Source: Clostridia bacterium
Lineage (GTDB): Bacteria > Bacillota > Clostridia > Oscillospirales > CAG-272
Assembly (NCBI GenBank): GCA_017481595.1
Contig: JAFUOY010000022.1
Span: 40,713 to 104,712 of the forward strand
DNA: 64,000 nucleotides
Direction: 5' to 3'
Shown here: piece by piece, positions 19,390 through 29,340 of the stretch
Layout: the number at the start of each line of letters is the position of its first letter
Numbering within the stretch: the stretch's first letter is position 1
Translations under genes and position numbers: made by a program
Notes under the pieces: model-generated
The model's database searches: none
Told to the model about the DNA's origin: nothing
The model's input: only the letters and a program-made list of their open reading frames with translations

Positions 19390-19865
19390 ATCGTATCAAT
19401 TTCCATTTTCAATACGGTCTTTTGCGCGCAGGAGCCGCCAAGCTCGACGAGATAAACGATCTCAATATATTTCATATCGAAAAGGCGGTTATCGATCTGC
19501 TTTGTGTAAATGCAAAGCTCAAAGGGCATTATCTCCGTATTGTAAACGCAGGTGTGGCGAAAGCCCTCCTTGAAGCACATAATAACGCTGATAGCGCCTG
19601 TGCGGGCAAGGGTTATGGACTTTGGCTCGTTTTTGTCAAAGGAAAGCTCCGCTACGGAATTGCCCATACCCGCATTGTCGTTTTCCTCGTATCTTATAAT
19701 TATTTTGTTCCCATCGCGAAGGATCTCGCCCTCGGCGTAAACCGTAAAGCTGTCGATCTCACTGTTTGCCGTCTCGGGCTCGTTCATACCCATTTTAAGC
19801 TCAGCAGACAGATCCTTGGGAATATATTCCTCCTGAGAGGTGGTCATTTTTAATTTACATCTCAT
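19386..19865 (-). CDS. DUF1934 (YwiB-like) beta-barrel protein
   Basis: 159 aa with the pattern IIIRYEE...ITLARTG...Y. It has ATGA overlaps with both neighbouring genes. Confidence 0.5.
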   Translation of the reverse strand: MRCKLKMTTSQEEYIPKDLSAELKMGMNEPETANSEIDSFTVYAEGEILRDGNKIIIRYEENDNAGMGNSVAELSFDKNEPKSITLARTGAISVIMCFKEGFRHTCVYNTEIMPFELCIYTKQIDNRLFDMKYIEIVYLVELGGSCAQKTVLKMEIDTI

Positions 19866-20719
19866 TTTATTATCAACTCCGGCTGTTTTACGCTTACGCG
19901 TGTATTTTCTCCAACGCTTTCCGTTATAAAGGAGTTACCTCCGATAACTGCGCCCTCTCCTATTACGGTGTCACCGCCAAGAATGGAAGCGCCCGAATAG
20001 ATAGTAACGTTATCCCGTACCGTAGGATGTCTTTTAACTCCTGCAAGGGACTGTCCCTTACGGGGAGAAAGAGCGCCAAGGGTAACGCCCTGGTATATCT
20101 TTACTCTGTTTCCGATTATAGTGGTCTCACCGATAACAACGCCCGTACCGTGGTCAATAAAGAAGTATTCGCCAATGGTAGCGCCGGGGTTAATATCAAT
20201 ACCTGTTTTTCCGTGGGCGTACTCTGTCATCATACGGGGAACGAAGGGAACGCCCGATTTGTAAAGGAGATTAGCCACGCGATACACAAAAATGGCGTAA
20301 AAGCCGGGATAGGAGAATATGATCTCCTCCTTGCTCTGCGCCGCAGGGTCACCCTCAAAGGTTGCCTGGGCGTCGGTTAAAAGAATTTTGTGTATTCTTG
20401 GCAAGGCGGACACAAAATCCGAGGCGATAGCAGATGCCTCGGCAGAAACGTCGCGCTTTGTGTGGAAGGAAAGAGCAAGATAGATCTGTCTTCTTATTTT
20501 AAAATAAATGGAATTCATAAGGGGATGTGTAAAAAGCACCGCGTCTCCCTTTGCCTCCTCGGGGGCAAAATACGCGGGGAACATAAGCTTCTTTATATCG
20601 TTAAGCACCTCAATAACCTGGTCTCTTACGGGCAAGCCAAGCTCGGAATTGAACATGGTAATATCGGAGCTCTTATAGGATTCAGCCATTTCTTTAGCTA
20701 CGTTTTCAATGTTTTTCAT
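19862..20719 (-). CDS. cysE: serine O-acetyltransferase
   Basis: The hexapeptide-repeat core GATIGEYFFIDHGTGVVIGETTIIGNRVKIYQGVTLGA is present. I moved the start to MKNIEN. Confidence 0.85.
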   Translation of the reverse strand: MKNIENVAKEMAESYKSSDITMFNSELGLPVRDQVIEVLNDIKKLMFPAYFAPEEAKGDAVLFTHPLMNSIYFKIRRQIYLALSFHTKRDVSAEASAIASDFVSALPRIHKILLTDAQATFEGDPAAQSKEEIIFSYPGFYAIFVYRVANLLYKSGVPFVPRMMTEYAHGKTGIDINPGATIGEYFFIDHGTGVVIGETTIIGNRVKIYQGVTLGALSPRKGQSLAGVKRHPTVRDNVTIYSGASILGGDTVIGEGAVIGGNSFITESVGENTRVSVKQPELIIK

Positions 20720-20899
20720 AGTATACCGTCCTTTGTAAACGTTCTTATATAAAATAATATCATAAGAATATGAAAATATCAAGGAAATTATAACTAAATA
20801 TAAATAAAACTTTTTATATGGACCGAGCCTCGGATTTTGTTGACTTTTATATGGCGCTATGGTACAATAAAATAAACAAACGGAAGGAGGAAAGGAAAA

Positions 20900-21526
20900 A
20901 TGCCCTTTTTAGTATATCTTTCAATTCTTTTTACACTGCTTTGCCTTCTTATTATAGTGGAGTATATTCAGACGATATGGAAAAGATTGTTGCTCATAAT
21001 AAAGCTTAAGCGCGCAGGCAGAAAGTACGGCTTCAAGGTAAAATTTGCAAGATTTCCCTTCCTTTCCGTCTTTTTCCTCAAGGGCAGACTTGACGTGCTC
21101 GTAGAGTCGGAAACGGAAAAATACGCCGTTGTAATACTTACCTCCCGACACAGAAACGGTAAATACCTGTTCTATAGCGACCGTATGGAAATCTGGAAAA
21201 AGAGAAGCATATTTATGCGCGCACCCGTAAACCGAAACGGTAGAGGCGTATACGGAAGAAGTATGCAGTTTAATTTGGGAGTTGTATACAAGGGAAAGAT
21301 AAAGCTCCGCTTCAACGATATTGTCAATAAATATCCGCTACATAAGGGAATTTGTATATTGAATCCCGCCCCCAATACGGTGTGCATCACCTACGGCACC
21401 ACCCATACGGAAATACACGATGGCGACAGACTTCACACAGGCTTTAAGGTACACGGTCTTAGCGCCTTTATCCGCGTTTTGAGTATGGATCACGATATGT
21501 ACGACGTAGGCGGCTACGGTATTTGA
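20900..21526 (+). CDS. hypothetical membrane-anchored protein
   Basis: GGAGGA RBS, an N-terminal TM helix and its own TTGACT-17-TACAAT promoter. I recognise no family. Confidence 0.55.
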   Translation: MPFLVYLSILFTLLCLLIIVEYIQTIWKRLLLIIKLKRAGRKYGFKVKFARFPFLSVFFLKGRLDVLVESETEKYAVVILTSRHRNGKYLFYSDRMEIWKKRSIFMRAPVNRNGRGVYGRSMQFNLGVVYKGKIKLRFNDIVNKYPLHKGICILNPAPNTVCITYGTTHTEIHDGDRLHTGFKVHGLSAFIRVLSMDHDMYDVGGYGI

Positions 21527-21680
21527 TACATACCCGCACAGCGTTGGGTAATTAAAAAAATTTAATATAATATAAAAATTTTTCTTTACATTTGACGATT
21601 TTTTTGCTATACTATGTATGTTAATAAATTGTTTTGCCTGATTTGACCTTTCAGACAATATAAAAGGAGTGTATAAACTT

Positions 21681-22874
21681 ATGAGTCGTATGGTCGGCAC
21701 AATATCAAGAGGCATTCGTGCCCCTATCATTCGTAAAGGTGACGATATAGTAGATATCGTTACAAATTCCATACTTGAAGCTTCTGAGGATGCAGGATTT
21801 GAGATCCACGACCGTGATATCGTCGCTATGACAGAGGCTATCGTTGCAAGAGCACAGGGTAACTATGCTTCCGTAAACGATATTGCCGAGGATGTCCGCG
21901 CGAAGTTTAACGGCGGCACAGTCGGTGTTATATTCCCCATCTTGAGCCGTAACCGCTTTGCTATTTGTCTTCGCGGTATTGCTATGGGTGTTAAAAAGGT
22001 AGTTCTTATGCTTTCTTACCCCTCTGACGAGGTTGGTAACCATCTTATCAGTCTTGATATGCTTGACGAAAAGGGTATTACCCCTTATACTGACGTTCTC
22101 AGCCTTGAAAAGTACCGTGAGCTTTTTGGTTATGAAAAGCATCCCTTTACAGGCGTTGACTACGTAGAGTATTATGAGGGACTTATCCGTGAATGCGGAG
22201 CAGACGTTGAGATCATCTTTGCTAACGATCCCCGCGCTGTTCTTAAGTATACAAAGAACGTTCTTAACTGTGATATCCACTCTCGCTTCCGTACAAAGAG
22301 ACTTCTTCGTAATGCAGGAGCTGAGATCGTTTACGGTCTTGATGAGGTGCTTAGCGCTTCTGTAAACGGTAGCGGCTATAATGCTGATTACGGTCTTCTT
22401 GGCTCTAACAAGGCTACTGAGGATCAGGTTAAGCTCTTCCCCCGCGACTGTCAGCCCATCGTAGACGCTATTCAGAAGAAGCTTTACGATAAGACAGGCA
22501 AGACTGTTGAGGTTATGGTTTACGGTGACGGCGCGTTCAAGGATCCAGTAGGTAAGATCTGGGAGCTTGCTGACCCCATCGTTTCCCCCGCTTACACATC
22601 AGGACTTGAGGGCACACCTAACGAGCTTAAGCTTAAGTATCTTGCAGATAACGATTTTGCAGATCTTTCCGGTGATGCGCTTAAGGAGGCAATCAAGGAA
22701 AAGATAGTTTCCAAGGATAACGACCTTGTAGGTAATATGGCGTCCGAGGGTACAACACCCCGTCGTCTTACAGACCTTATCGGTTCACTCTGTGACCTTA
22801 CATCAGGCTCAGGCGATAAGGGTACACCTATCGTATTTATCCAGGGCTACTTTGATAATTACACAACGGAATAA
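21681..22874 (+). CDS. F420-0:gamma-glutamyl ligase (CofE)-like family protein
   Basis: YGLLGSNKAT...LFPRD...VMVYGDGAFKDP resembles the CofE core. The start is ATG 21681, 9 nt after AAGGAG. Confidence 0.55.
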   Translation: MSRMVGTISRGIRAPIIRKGDDIVDIVTNSILEASEDAGFEIHDRDIVAMTEAIVARAQGNYASVNDIAEDVRAKFNGGTVGVIFPILSRNRFAICLRGIAMGVKKVVLMLSYPSDEVGNHLISLDMLDEKGITPYTDVLSLEKYRELFGYEKHPFTGVDYVEYYEGLIRECGADVEIIFANDPRAVLKYTKNVLNCDIHSRFRTKRLLRNAGAEIVYGLDEVLSASVNGSGYNADYGLLGSNKATEDQVKLFPRDCQPIVDAIQKKLYDKTGKTVEVMVYGDGAFKDPVGKIWELADPIVSPAYTSGLEGTPNELKLKYLADNDFADLSGDALKEAIKEKIVSKDNDLVGNMASEGTTPRRLTDLIGSLCDLTSGSGDKGTPIVFIQGYFDNYTTE

Positions 22875-23023
22875 TATAATAAAATTGAAGGAGACCTTGC
22901 TTTGCAGGGTCTCTTTTTTGCGCAAAAGTAAAGCAATCAAGGAAATATGAATGTTATTTGTACGAGTTGCACAAAAATATTTGTTTTTTCGCAATTTTTA
23001 TGTTCAAAATCTTCAAAAAGCAC

Positions 23024-23052
23024 TTGCAAAGTCTTTTTATATATAGTATAAT
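23024..23052 (+). promoter_or_regulatory. sigma-A type promoter
   Basis: TTGCAA, 17-nt spacer, TATAAT. Confidence 0.55.
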
Positions 23053-23121
23053 CAAAGCAGGTGCTGCATTTTCAGGGTGCAGTATACAAGAAATATAGTT
23101 ATACAAGGAGATCTTTTTATT

Positions 23122-25194
23122 ATGGAAAAGGTTTATACGAAAAGTATTCGTAACGTAGCGCTCCTCGGACACAGTGGGGGCGGAAAAACATCACTTGCTG
23201 AGTCAATGCTTTATATTTCAAGACTTACAGACCGTCTTGGTAATGTTTCAGATGGAAATACCGTATGTGACTATGATCCCGAAGAAATTAAAAGAGGATA
23301 TTCATTATCCGCAGCAACAGCACCTATGCTTTGGAACGGTACAAAGATAAATATTCTTGACACTCCCGGTTTCTTTGACTTTGAGGGTGAGGCTCGTCAG
23401 TGCGTAAGAGCTGCTGACGCCGCTATTATCGTTGTTGACGGTAAGGCCGGTATTCAGGTTGGTACTGAGATCGCTTGGGACCTTGCATCTGAGGAAAAAA
23501 TTCCGAAGGCTTTCTTTATCAATAACTTTGACGATCCCGAGGCTCGTTTCTATAAGGTATTCGGTGCCATTCGTGAAAAGTACGGTCTTACAGTTTGTCC
23601 TATTCAGATCCCGATTATTGATGAGGGTAACGTAATTGGCTTTGCTAACCTTGTTGAAATGTGCGTTTACACATTTGAAAGACAGACGGGTGAATATGCA
23701 AAGAGTAAGATTCCCGACAAGTTCAAGGACGTTTGCGACGAATATCATAATATGCTTCTTGAGGCTATCGCTCAGACAAGCGAAGACCTTATGAATAAAT
23801 TCTTCAATGAAGAGCCCATCTCCCGTGAGGAAGCTCTTGAGGCTATCCACCTTGGTATTATCTCAGGTGATATCGTTCCCGTATTCTGCGGCTCCGCTAT
23901 CAAGAACTGGGGTATCAAGACATTCCTTGACACTATTGCAGAGTCCTTCCCAAGACCTCTTGCCCGTAAGGTTGAGCACGTTATCGGTGAAGACGGTGAC
24001 GTTCGTGAGGTTCCTATTGACATGGACAGCGCTGACACTTCTATTTTCGTATTCAAGACAGTAGCCGATCCCTTCGTTGGTAAGATGTCCTTCTTCAAGG
24101 TTATGAACGGTGAGGTTAAGAAGGATATGGTTCTTCGTAACACCACAACAGGCGCAAATGAAAAGCTCGGCAAGATCTTTATGATGCGCGGTAAGAGACA
24201 GATCGACGTTGACGCATTTGCTTGCGGTGATATCGGTGTTGTTGCTAAGCTTAATAATACAAATACAAACGATACTCTTACAACAGTATCTGAAAATATC
24301 AAGTATGCTCCCATTAAGTATCCCGTTCCTTATTTCACAAAGGCTATCGCCCCCAGATCCAAGGGTGACGAGGATAAGATCTCTATGGGTATTGCAAGAC
24401 TTCTTGAGGAAGATCCTACACTTAAGTACGTAAACAACGCAGAGACCAAGCAGCTTACTATCTCAGGTCTTGGCGACATTCACCTTGACGTTCTCGTTTC
24501 CAAGCTTCAGGCGCGCTATGGCGTAGCTGTTGAGCTTTCCAAGCCCAAGCTCGCTTACAGAGAGGCTATTAAGAAGAACGTTGACGTTGAAGGTAAGCAT
24601 AAGAAGCAGTCCGGCGGTTCAGGTCAGTACGGTCACGTTAAGATCAAGTTCGGACCCGGCTTTGAGGACGGTCTTACATTTACAACAAGCGTTGTAGGCG
24701 GCGCAGTTCCCAAGAACTACTTCCCCGCAGTTGAGCAGGGTCTTAAGGATTGTATGCTTAAGGGCGTTTTGGCAGGTTATCCTATGGCTAACCTCAGCGC
24801 TAACCTTTACGACGGCTCCTACCACGACGTTGACTCCAACGAAATTTCCTTTAAGCTTGCTGCAGCTCTTGCATACCGTGAGGGTATGCCTAAGGCTAAT
24901 CCCGTACTTCTTGAGCCTGTTGGCTCCCTTAAGGTTTACGTTCCCGAGGCGTACGTTGGCGACGTAATGGGTGATCTTAACAAGCGTAGAGGCAGAGTAA
25001 TGGGTATTGATCCTATGGATAACGGTAAGCAGGCAGTTTTGGCAGAGGTTCCCTTCTCCGAAATGACTGACTACGTTATAGCTCTCCGTGCTTCCACCCA
25101 GGGCAGAGGTAAGTTCGACTTTGAATTTATCAGATATGATGAGGTTCCCGCTTCACTTACAGATAAGATAATCGCAGAGGCTAAAAACGACTAA
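23122..25194 (+). CDS. elongation factor G paralog (translational GTPase)
   Basis: Full EF-G domain order is present (DTPGFFDF G3 motif; domain IV and V blocks). The G1 motif is GHSGGGKT rather than AHIDAGKT. The start is MEKVYTK, after AAGGAG. Confidence 0.8.
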   Translation: MEKVYTKSIRNVALLGHSGGGKTSLAESMLYISRLTDRLGNVSDGNTVCDYDPEEIKRGYSLSAATAPMLWNGTKINILDTPGFFDFEGEARQCVRAADAAIIVVDGKAGIQVGTEIAWDLASEEKIPKAFFINNFDDPEARFYKVFGAIREKYGLTVCPIQIPIIDEGNVIGFANLVEMCVYTFERQTGEYAKSKIPDKFKDVCDEYHNMLLEAIAQTSEDLMNKFFNEEPISREEALEAIHLGIISGDIVPVFCGSAIKNWGIKTFLDTIAESFPRPLARKVEHVIGEDGDVREVPIDMDSADTSIFVFKTVADPFVGKMSFFKVMNGEVKKDMVLRNTTTGANEKLGKIFMMRGKRQIDVDAFACGDIGVVAKLNNTNTNDTLTTVSENIKYAPIKYPVPYFTKAIAPRSKGDEDKISMGIARLLEEDPTLKYVNNAETKQLTISGLGDIHLDVLVSKLQARYGVAVELSKPKLAYREAIKKNVDVEGKHKKQSGGSGQYGHVKIKFGPGFEDGLTFTTSVVGGAVPKNYFPAVEQGLKDCMLKGVLAGYPMANLSANLYDGSYHDVDSNEISFKLAAALAYREGMPKANPVLLEPVGSLKVYVPEAYVGDVMGDLNKRRGRVMGIDPMDNGKQAVLAEVPFSEMTDYVIALRASTQGRGKFDFEFIRYDEVPASLTDKIIAEAKND

Positions 25195-25202
25195 ATAACA
25201 TA

Positions 25203-25232
25203 AAACGGTAGCGAGCTTTCGCTACCGTTTTT
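25203..25232 (+). terminator. intrinsic terminator
   Basis: AAACGGTAGCGA / TCGCTACCGTTT 12-bp stem followed by a T-run. Confidence 0.8.
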
Positions 25233-25244
25233 GAAAGGAAGAAT

Positions 25245-26159
25245 ATGAGATACTTTAACTTGCAATCCTATAGCGCATCCCGTATTGCCCAGGGATGTAT
25301 GAGAATAGCATCTCTTTCGGATAAGGAAATAGACACACTTATAAAAACGGACCTCGAATGCGGTATAAATTTCTTTGACCACGCGGATATTTACGGCGGA
25401 GGAGAGTGCGAAAGAAAATTCGGTGAATTTTTGAAAAATAACCCCGCCTTAAAGGATCAGATGATTATACAGACAAAATGCGGTATTACAAACGGATATT
25501 ACGATTTTTCCAAAGAGCATATAATAAAAAGCGTGGAGGGCAGCCTTTCCCGTCTTGGAGTTGACTCCGTTGATTTTCTGCTTTTGCACCGCCCCGATAC
25601 CCTTATGGACCCTTGCGAGGTCGCAGAGGCGTTTGAGCTTTTATCCACACAGGGTAAGGTAAAATGCTTTGGAGTGTCAAATCAAAGCCCCTATCAGATG
25701 GAGCTTTTGCAAAAATATCTTAAGGATATAAGGCTGTGTATAAATCAGCTTCAGTTCAGTATAACCAATACGGGCATTGTTGATAGCGGACTTAACGTAA
25801 ATACGGAAAAGAGCGAGGCTATCGACCGTGACGGAGGCGTGCTTGAATACTGCCGCTTAAAGGATATTACCATTCAGCCTTGGTCACCTCTTCAGCACGG
25901 ATTTTTCGGCGGTACGTTTATAAACAATCCCGACTATGAGGCGCTTAACAAAAAGCTTAATGAAATAGGTGAAAAATACGGAATTACAGCCACGTCTGCC
26001 GCAATTTTATGGATCTTACGCCATAGCGCGTGTATGCAGCCCATAATCGGCTCGGTAAATATTCAAAGAATTAAGGATATTGCAAAATGCGCCGATATTG
26101 AAATGTCCCGCGCAGAATGGTATGAACTTTATAAATCCACAGGTAAAACCCTACCGTAA
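25245..26159 (+). CDS. aldo/keto reductase
   Basis: GINFFDHADIYGGGECE, LLHRPD and GVSNQSP blocks. Confidence 0.85.
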   Translation: MRYFNLQSYSASRIAQGCMRIASLSDKEIDTLIKTDLECGINFFDHADIYGGGECERKFGEFLKNNPALKDQMIIQTKCGITNGYYDFSKEHIIKSVEGSLSRLGVDSVDFLLLHRPDTLMDPCEVAEAFELLSTQGKVKCFGVSNQSPYQMELLQKYLKDIRLCINQLQFSITNTGIVDSGLNVNTEKSEAIDRDGGVLEYCRLKDITIQPWSPLQHGFFGGTFINNPDYEALNKKLNEIGEKYGITATSAAILWILRHSACMQPIIGSVNIQRIKDIAKCADIEMSRAEWYELYKSTGKTLP

Positions 26160-26232
26160 AGATGTTTGTCGGCATTAAAAACTCATAAAAAAAGACAGAG
26201 AATGTTTTTACACTCTCCGTCCTTTTTTATAT

Positions 26233-26451
26233 CTATTTTGATTTTTTCTTTGCGCTATACGAGACGATGGAGCAGGCTATGATAGCAATGGCAAATGGAA
26301 TAATAAACAAAAGACCTACTTCCCAAGGGGCGCTCGTTAATCCGTACATACCGGCATAATATGAGCTTGTGCAAACATTAGTTACTACAACGCACATAAT
26401 GTTTGTAAGCAGAATTGCAAGCAAAGCAAAAGCATTTGATAATTTTTTCAT
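26233..26451 (-). CDS. small two-TM membrane protein
   Basis: GGAGG RBS. It lies 9 nt downstream of the XRE gene. I recognise no family. Confidence 0.55.
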   Translation of the reverse strand: MKKLSNAFALLAILLTNIMCVVVTNVCTSSYYAGMYGLTSAPWEVGLLFIIPFAIAIIACSIVSYSAKKKSK

Positions 26452-26460
26452 TGAAACCTC

Positions 26461-26922
26461 CTACTTATGTTTCATAGTTTTAATAAGTATTACAGCTCCA
26501 AATACTACAAGCAACACCGATACTAGCATCGCTATAAACGTTCCGTCAATGACAATCATAGATGATTGCGCTATTTTATCAGCAGCCTCGGAGCTAAATA
26601 CCGAAATAGCACCGAAAACAATTAACGAAGCGCATCCCAAAAGCGAAATTACAAGGCCCAATATTCCAAGAAGCTTCCTGTTTTGGCTGTTCTTCTCGGT
26701 AGGTTGCACGCTTGTCGGCTCTGAAATATCTTCTTTTACGAGATAATCTATGCTCACACAGAAAAGATCACTGTATTTTTGCAGCATTTCAGCATCGGGG
26801 GTTGTCGTTCCGTTTTCCCATTTTGAAATTACTTGTCTTGAGCAATCTAATTTCTCGGCAAGAGCTTCTTGAGATAATCCTTGTTTACGGCGCAAATTGT
26901 AAAGTTTTTCAGCCAACGTCAT
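26461..26922 (-). CDS. XRE-family HTH regulator with C-terminal TM segments
   Basis: LRRKQGLSQEALAEKLDCSRQVISKWENG HTH, followed by two hydrophobic helices. Confidence 0.8.
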   Translation of the reverse strand: MTLAEKLYNLRRKQGLSQEALAEKLDCSRQVISKWENGTTTPDAEMLQKYSDLFCVSIDYLVKEDISEPTSVQPTEKNSQNRKLLGILGLVISLLGCASLIVFGAISVFSSEAADKIAQSSMIVIDGTFIAMLVSVLLVVFGAVILIKTMKHK

Positions 26923-27060
26923 AAATACCTCCTTACACCGTAATTATAACGGATCTTATCTCAATCGTCTATACACGTTCGTATGCAATTTCGCTACAAG
27001 CGTTGACATTTAGAAATCTTATCTAATTCTTAGTTATAAATCAAAGTTATCGGCAACGCC

Positions 27061-27633
27061 TTAGCAACAGTAGTCATTTCTTGACATTTTATACAGGAAC
27101 TCATATTTTGCTTTCTTACTATCGCATATAGAATTTGTTATTTCCAGTTTGAAACCGGCATGTTCTACCATGCGCACAGATCTTATATTATAGTCGTACA
27201 CCATAATGTAAAGTACATCTACCTTCTGTACATAAAAAGCAAAATTGAGAAGCATCTGCAAACATTCTGTTCCAATTCCCTTACCCCAGTTTTCCTTTGC
27301 TCCAATGCAATAATCTATACGTCTAACATCCACATTATCGGGGTATCTGTCGGATATATTCTTTATATTCATCTTTTGTAACCAACAATCTCCAACAGGA
27401 ATACCTGCGACCTCGATTAAAAAGCAAAATGCATTTTGTGACACATTGCCATATATTAGGTTAACAGTAGATTCATTGTACGGCTCTATAATGTCATCTC
27501 CATCACTCCAATATAAGACTTCTAAATCGGAATTCCATTTGTAAAGCAATGGTAAATGCTTATCTGTAAGCGGTCTTAAGACAATATCCTTATTTCCGTG
27601 TAATGTAATGTTATGTTCATGAATGATAGGCAT
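27061..27633 (-). CDS. GNAT family N-acetyltransferase
   Basis: The WGKGIGTE acetyl-CoA-binding loop sits in the expected context. Confidence 0.75.
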   Translation of the reverse strand: MPIIHEHNITLHGNKDIVLRPLTDKHLPLLYKWNSDLEVLYWSDGDDIIEPYNESTVNLIYGNVSQNAFCFLIEVAGIPVGDCWLQKMNIKNISDRYPDNVDVRRIDYCIGAKENWGKGIGTECLQMLLNFAFYVQKVDVLYIMVYDYNIRSVRMVEHAGFKLEITNSICDSKKAKYEFLYKMSRNDYCC

Positions 27634-27691
27634 ATCTAAAAAATCCTTTCATAATTTTAACTATAGCTTAAGAAAAGCCAAAACGGATTTT

Positions 27692-28411
27692 TTATTCAAG
27701 AATATTTGAGGTTATATAATCAATACCCCAATCAGCAAACTTTTCGCCGTTTTCCTTTTCGTTTACTGTCCAGCAGTTTACCTTAAGACCTTTTTTGTGG
27801 GCGTTGTCGATTTGCTCCTTGGTAAGCTCAACGCACCACACGTCCGCATCTATTTTGTCCTTTACGAGTCTTTCGATCTCCTCGTCGGTAAGCTTCCAGA
27901 AAAGATACTGACAGGGCTGATTGGGAAGAATTTTACGCACCTTTAAAAGATTATTGTATTCAAAGGAGATAAAGGTCACATTTTCAAGATAATCATATGA
28001 TTTGATTATTTCTATTATCTTGCAAATATCTTCATCGGTAAAATTGGATTTAAGCTCCAGAACGGAGTGCTTTTCATACTTTTTACATATGCTAAGGTAG
28101 TTCTCAAGCTTGGTTGGGCGCAGATCGTATCTGTCCTTTTCTCCGTTTACGTTGAAAAGAACTATATTCTGTATTTCCTCAAGGGTGGAGTCTTCAATTA
28201 CGATATTTTCTCCTGCCACACGGTTAAAATCTCCGTCGTGATTTATTACAAAATGTCCGTCACGTGTCTTGTGAATGTCCGTTTCAATGCCGTAGTAGGA
28301 GCGATTGCCCGCCGCAACAAAGGCGGAATTTGTGTTTTCCTTTTCTATACCCGAAAGCCCTCTGTGAGCTATTACAAGGGTGCTTTTTTTATCGAATTTT
28401 ATAGTATTCAT
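27692..28411 (-). CDS. glycerophosphodiester phosphodiesterase
   Basis: VIAHRGLSG...ENT and GIETDIH GDPD motifs. Confidence 0.85.
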   Translation of the reverse strand: MNTIKFDKKSTLVIAHRGLSGIEKENTNSAFVAAGNRSYYGIETDIHKTRDGHFVINHDGDFNRVAGENIVIEDSTLEEIQNIVLFNVNGEKDRYDLRPTKLENYLSICKKYEKHSVLELKSNFTDEDICKIIEIIKSYDYLENVTFISFEYNNLLKVRKILPNQPCQYLFWKLTDEEIERLVKDKIDADVWCVELTKEQIDNAHKKGLKVNCWTVNEKENGEKFADWGIDYITSNILE

Positions 28412-29340
28412 TTATTTTCCCTTCTTAAATTTAAAAATTCCGTTACTTCAGCCTCGTTGGGAATGGAGCTTGACGCGCCGTGTCTGCTGACGGTTATAGA
28501 GCCTGCCGCATTGGCAAAATCGCAAGCGCTCATCATATCGCCCGAGCGAAGATATTCAAGAGTCAAAGCCGCAGTAAAGGCATCTCCCGCCGCGGTAGTG
28601 TCAATAACGGGCATATCGTAGGGAGCTTTTATAACTCCGTTTACACCGTCAAAAATGTACGCGCCCCTGCCGCCAAGCTTGATAACTATGTATTTTGCTT
28701 TTACAAGGTCAAGAAGCTTAAGCGCCGCTTCCTTACATTTTTCCTCACTTGTGGGCGCAATACCCGTAAAGGCTTCTGTTTCGCTTTCATTGGGAGAGAA
28801 TACCGTCACCTCAGGCAGCTTGTCAAGAGGGAAGTCCTTGTTTGCAGGGCCTGCGTCAATAAAAATGGGAATACCCGCCTTTGATGCCTCATTTGCCGCG
28901 TGGATAATTGCATCGTAATTTATTTCAAATTGCATATAAAGGGCGTCGGGCTTGCTTTTTATAGCTTCACTTACCGTATCAAGCTCGATTTTTGAGTTTG
29001 CGCCGGGGAAAACGATAATTCTGTTTTGTCCCGTATTTTCCACAAGTATAGCCGCAAGACCGCTTGCCACGGTTGGGTCTCTCTTGATGTAAGAAACGTC
29101 CATACCCTCTTTTTCATAAAGGCTTAAAAGAGCGTCACCGTTTGCATCCTTGCCAAGCTTGGTAAGGAAAACGCACTTTGCTCCAAGCCTTGAAAAAGCA
29201 ACGGCAGAGTTTGCTCCCTTTCCGCCGGGCACGTAGGAGTAGCTGCCCTTATCTATTACGGTCTGTCCCCCAACGGGAACGAAATCCACGTTCATTACCA
29301 TGTCCATATTGGCGGAGCTTACTACAAGAATTCTTTTCAT
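28408..29340 (-). CDS. rbsK: ribokinase
   Basis: GGKGANSAVA and DTTAAGDAF PfkB-family motifs. The N-terminus is VVSSANMDMV. Confidence 0.85.
   Translation of the reverse strand: MKRILVVSSANMDMVMNVDFVPVGGQTVIDKGSYSYVPGGKGANSAVAFSRLGAKCVFLTKLGKDANGDALLSLYEKEGMDVSYIKRDPTVASGLAAILVENTGQNRIIVFPGANSKIELDTVSEAIKSKPDALYMQFEINYDAIIHAANEASKAGIPIFIDAGPANKDFPLDKLPEVTVFSPNESETEAFTGIAPTSEEKCKEAALKLLDLVKAKYIVIKLGGRGAYIFDGVNGVIKAPYDMPVIDTTAAGDAFTAALTLEYLRSGDMMSACDFANAAGSITVSRHGASSSIPNEAEVTEFLNLRRENK

Noticed and set aside
20900-21526. Membrane-anchored PD-(D/E)xK or NERD-like nuclease (DVLVESETEKY)
   Set aside because: There is only a loose D...E.K match and no supporting conserved blocks. I left it as hypothetical.
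23122-25194. Tet(M)/Tet(O)-type ribosomal protection protein
   Set aside because: The length and domain order fit EF-G generally. I see no specific Tet-family signatures, and the context is not a mobile element. This cannot be supported from sequence reading alone.
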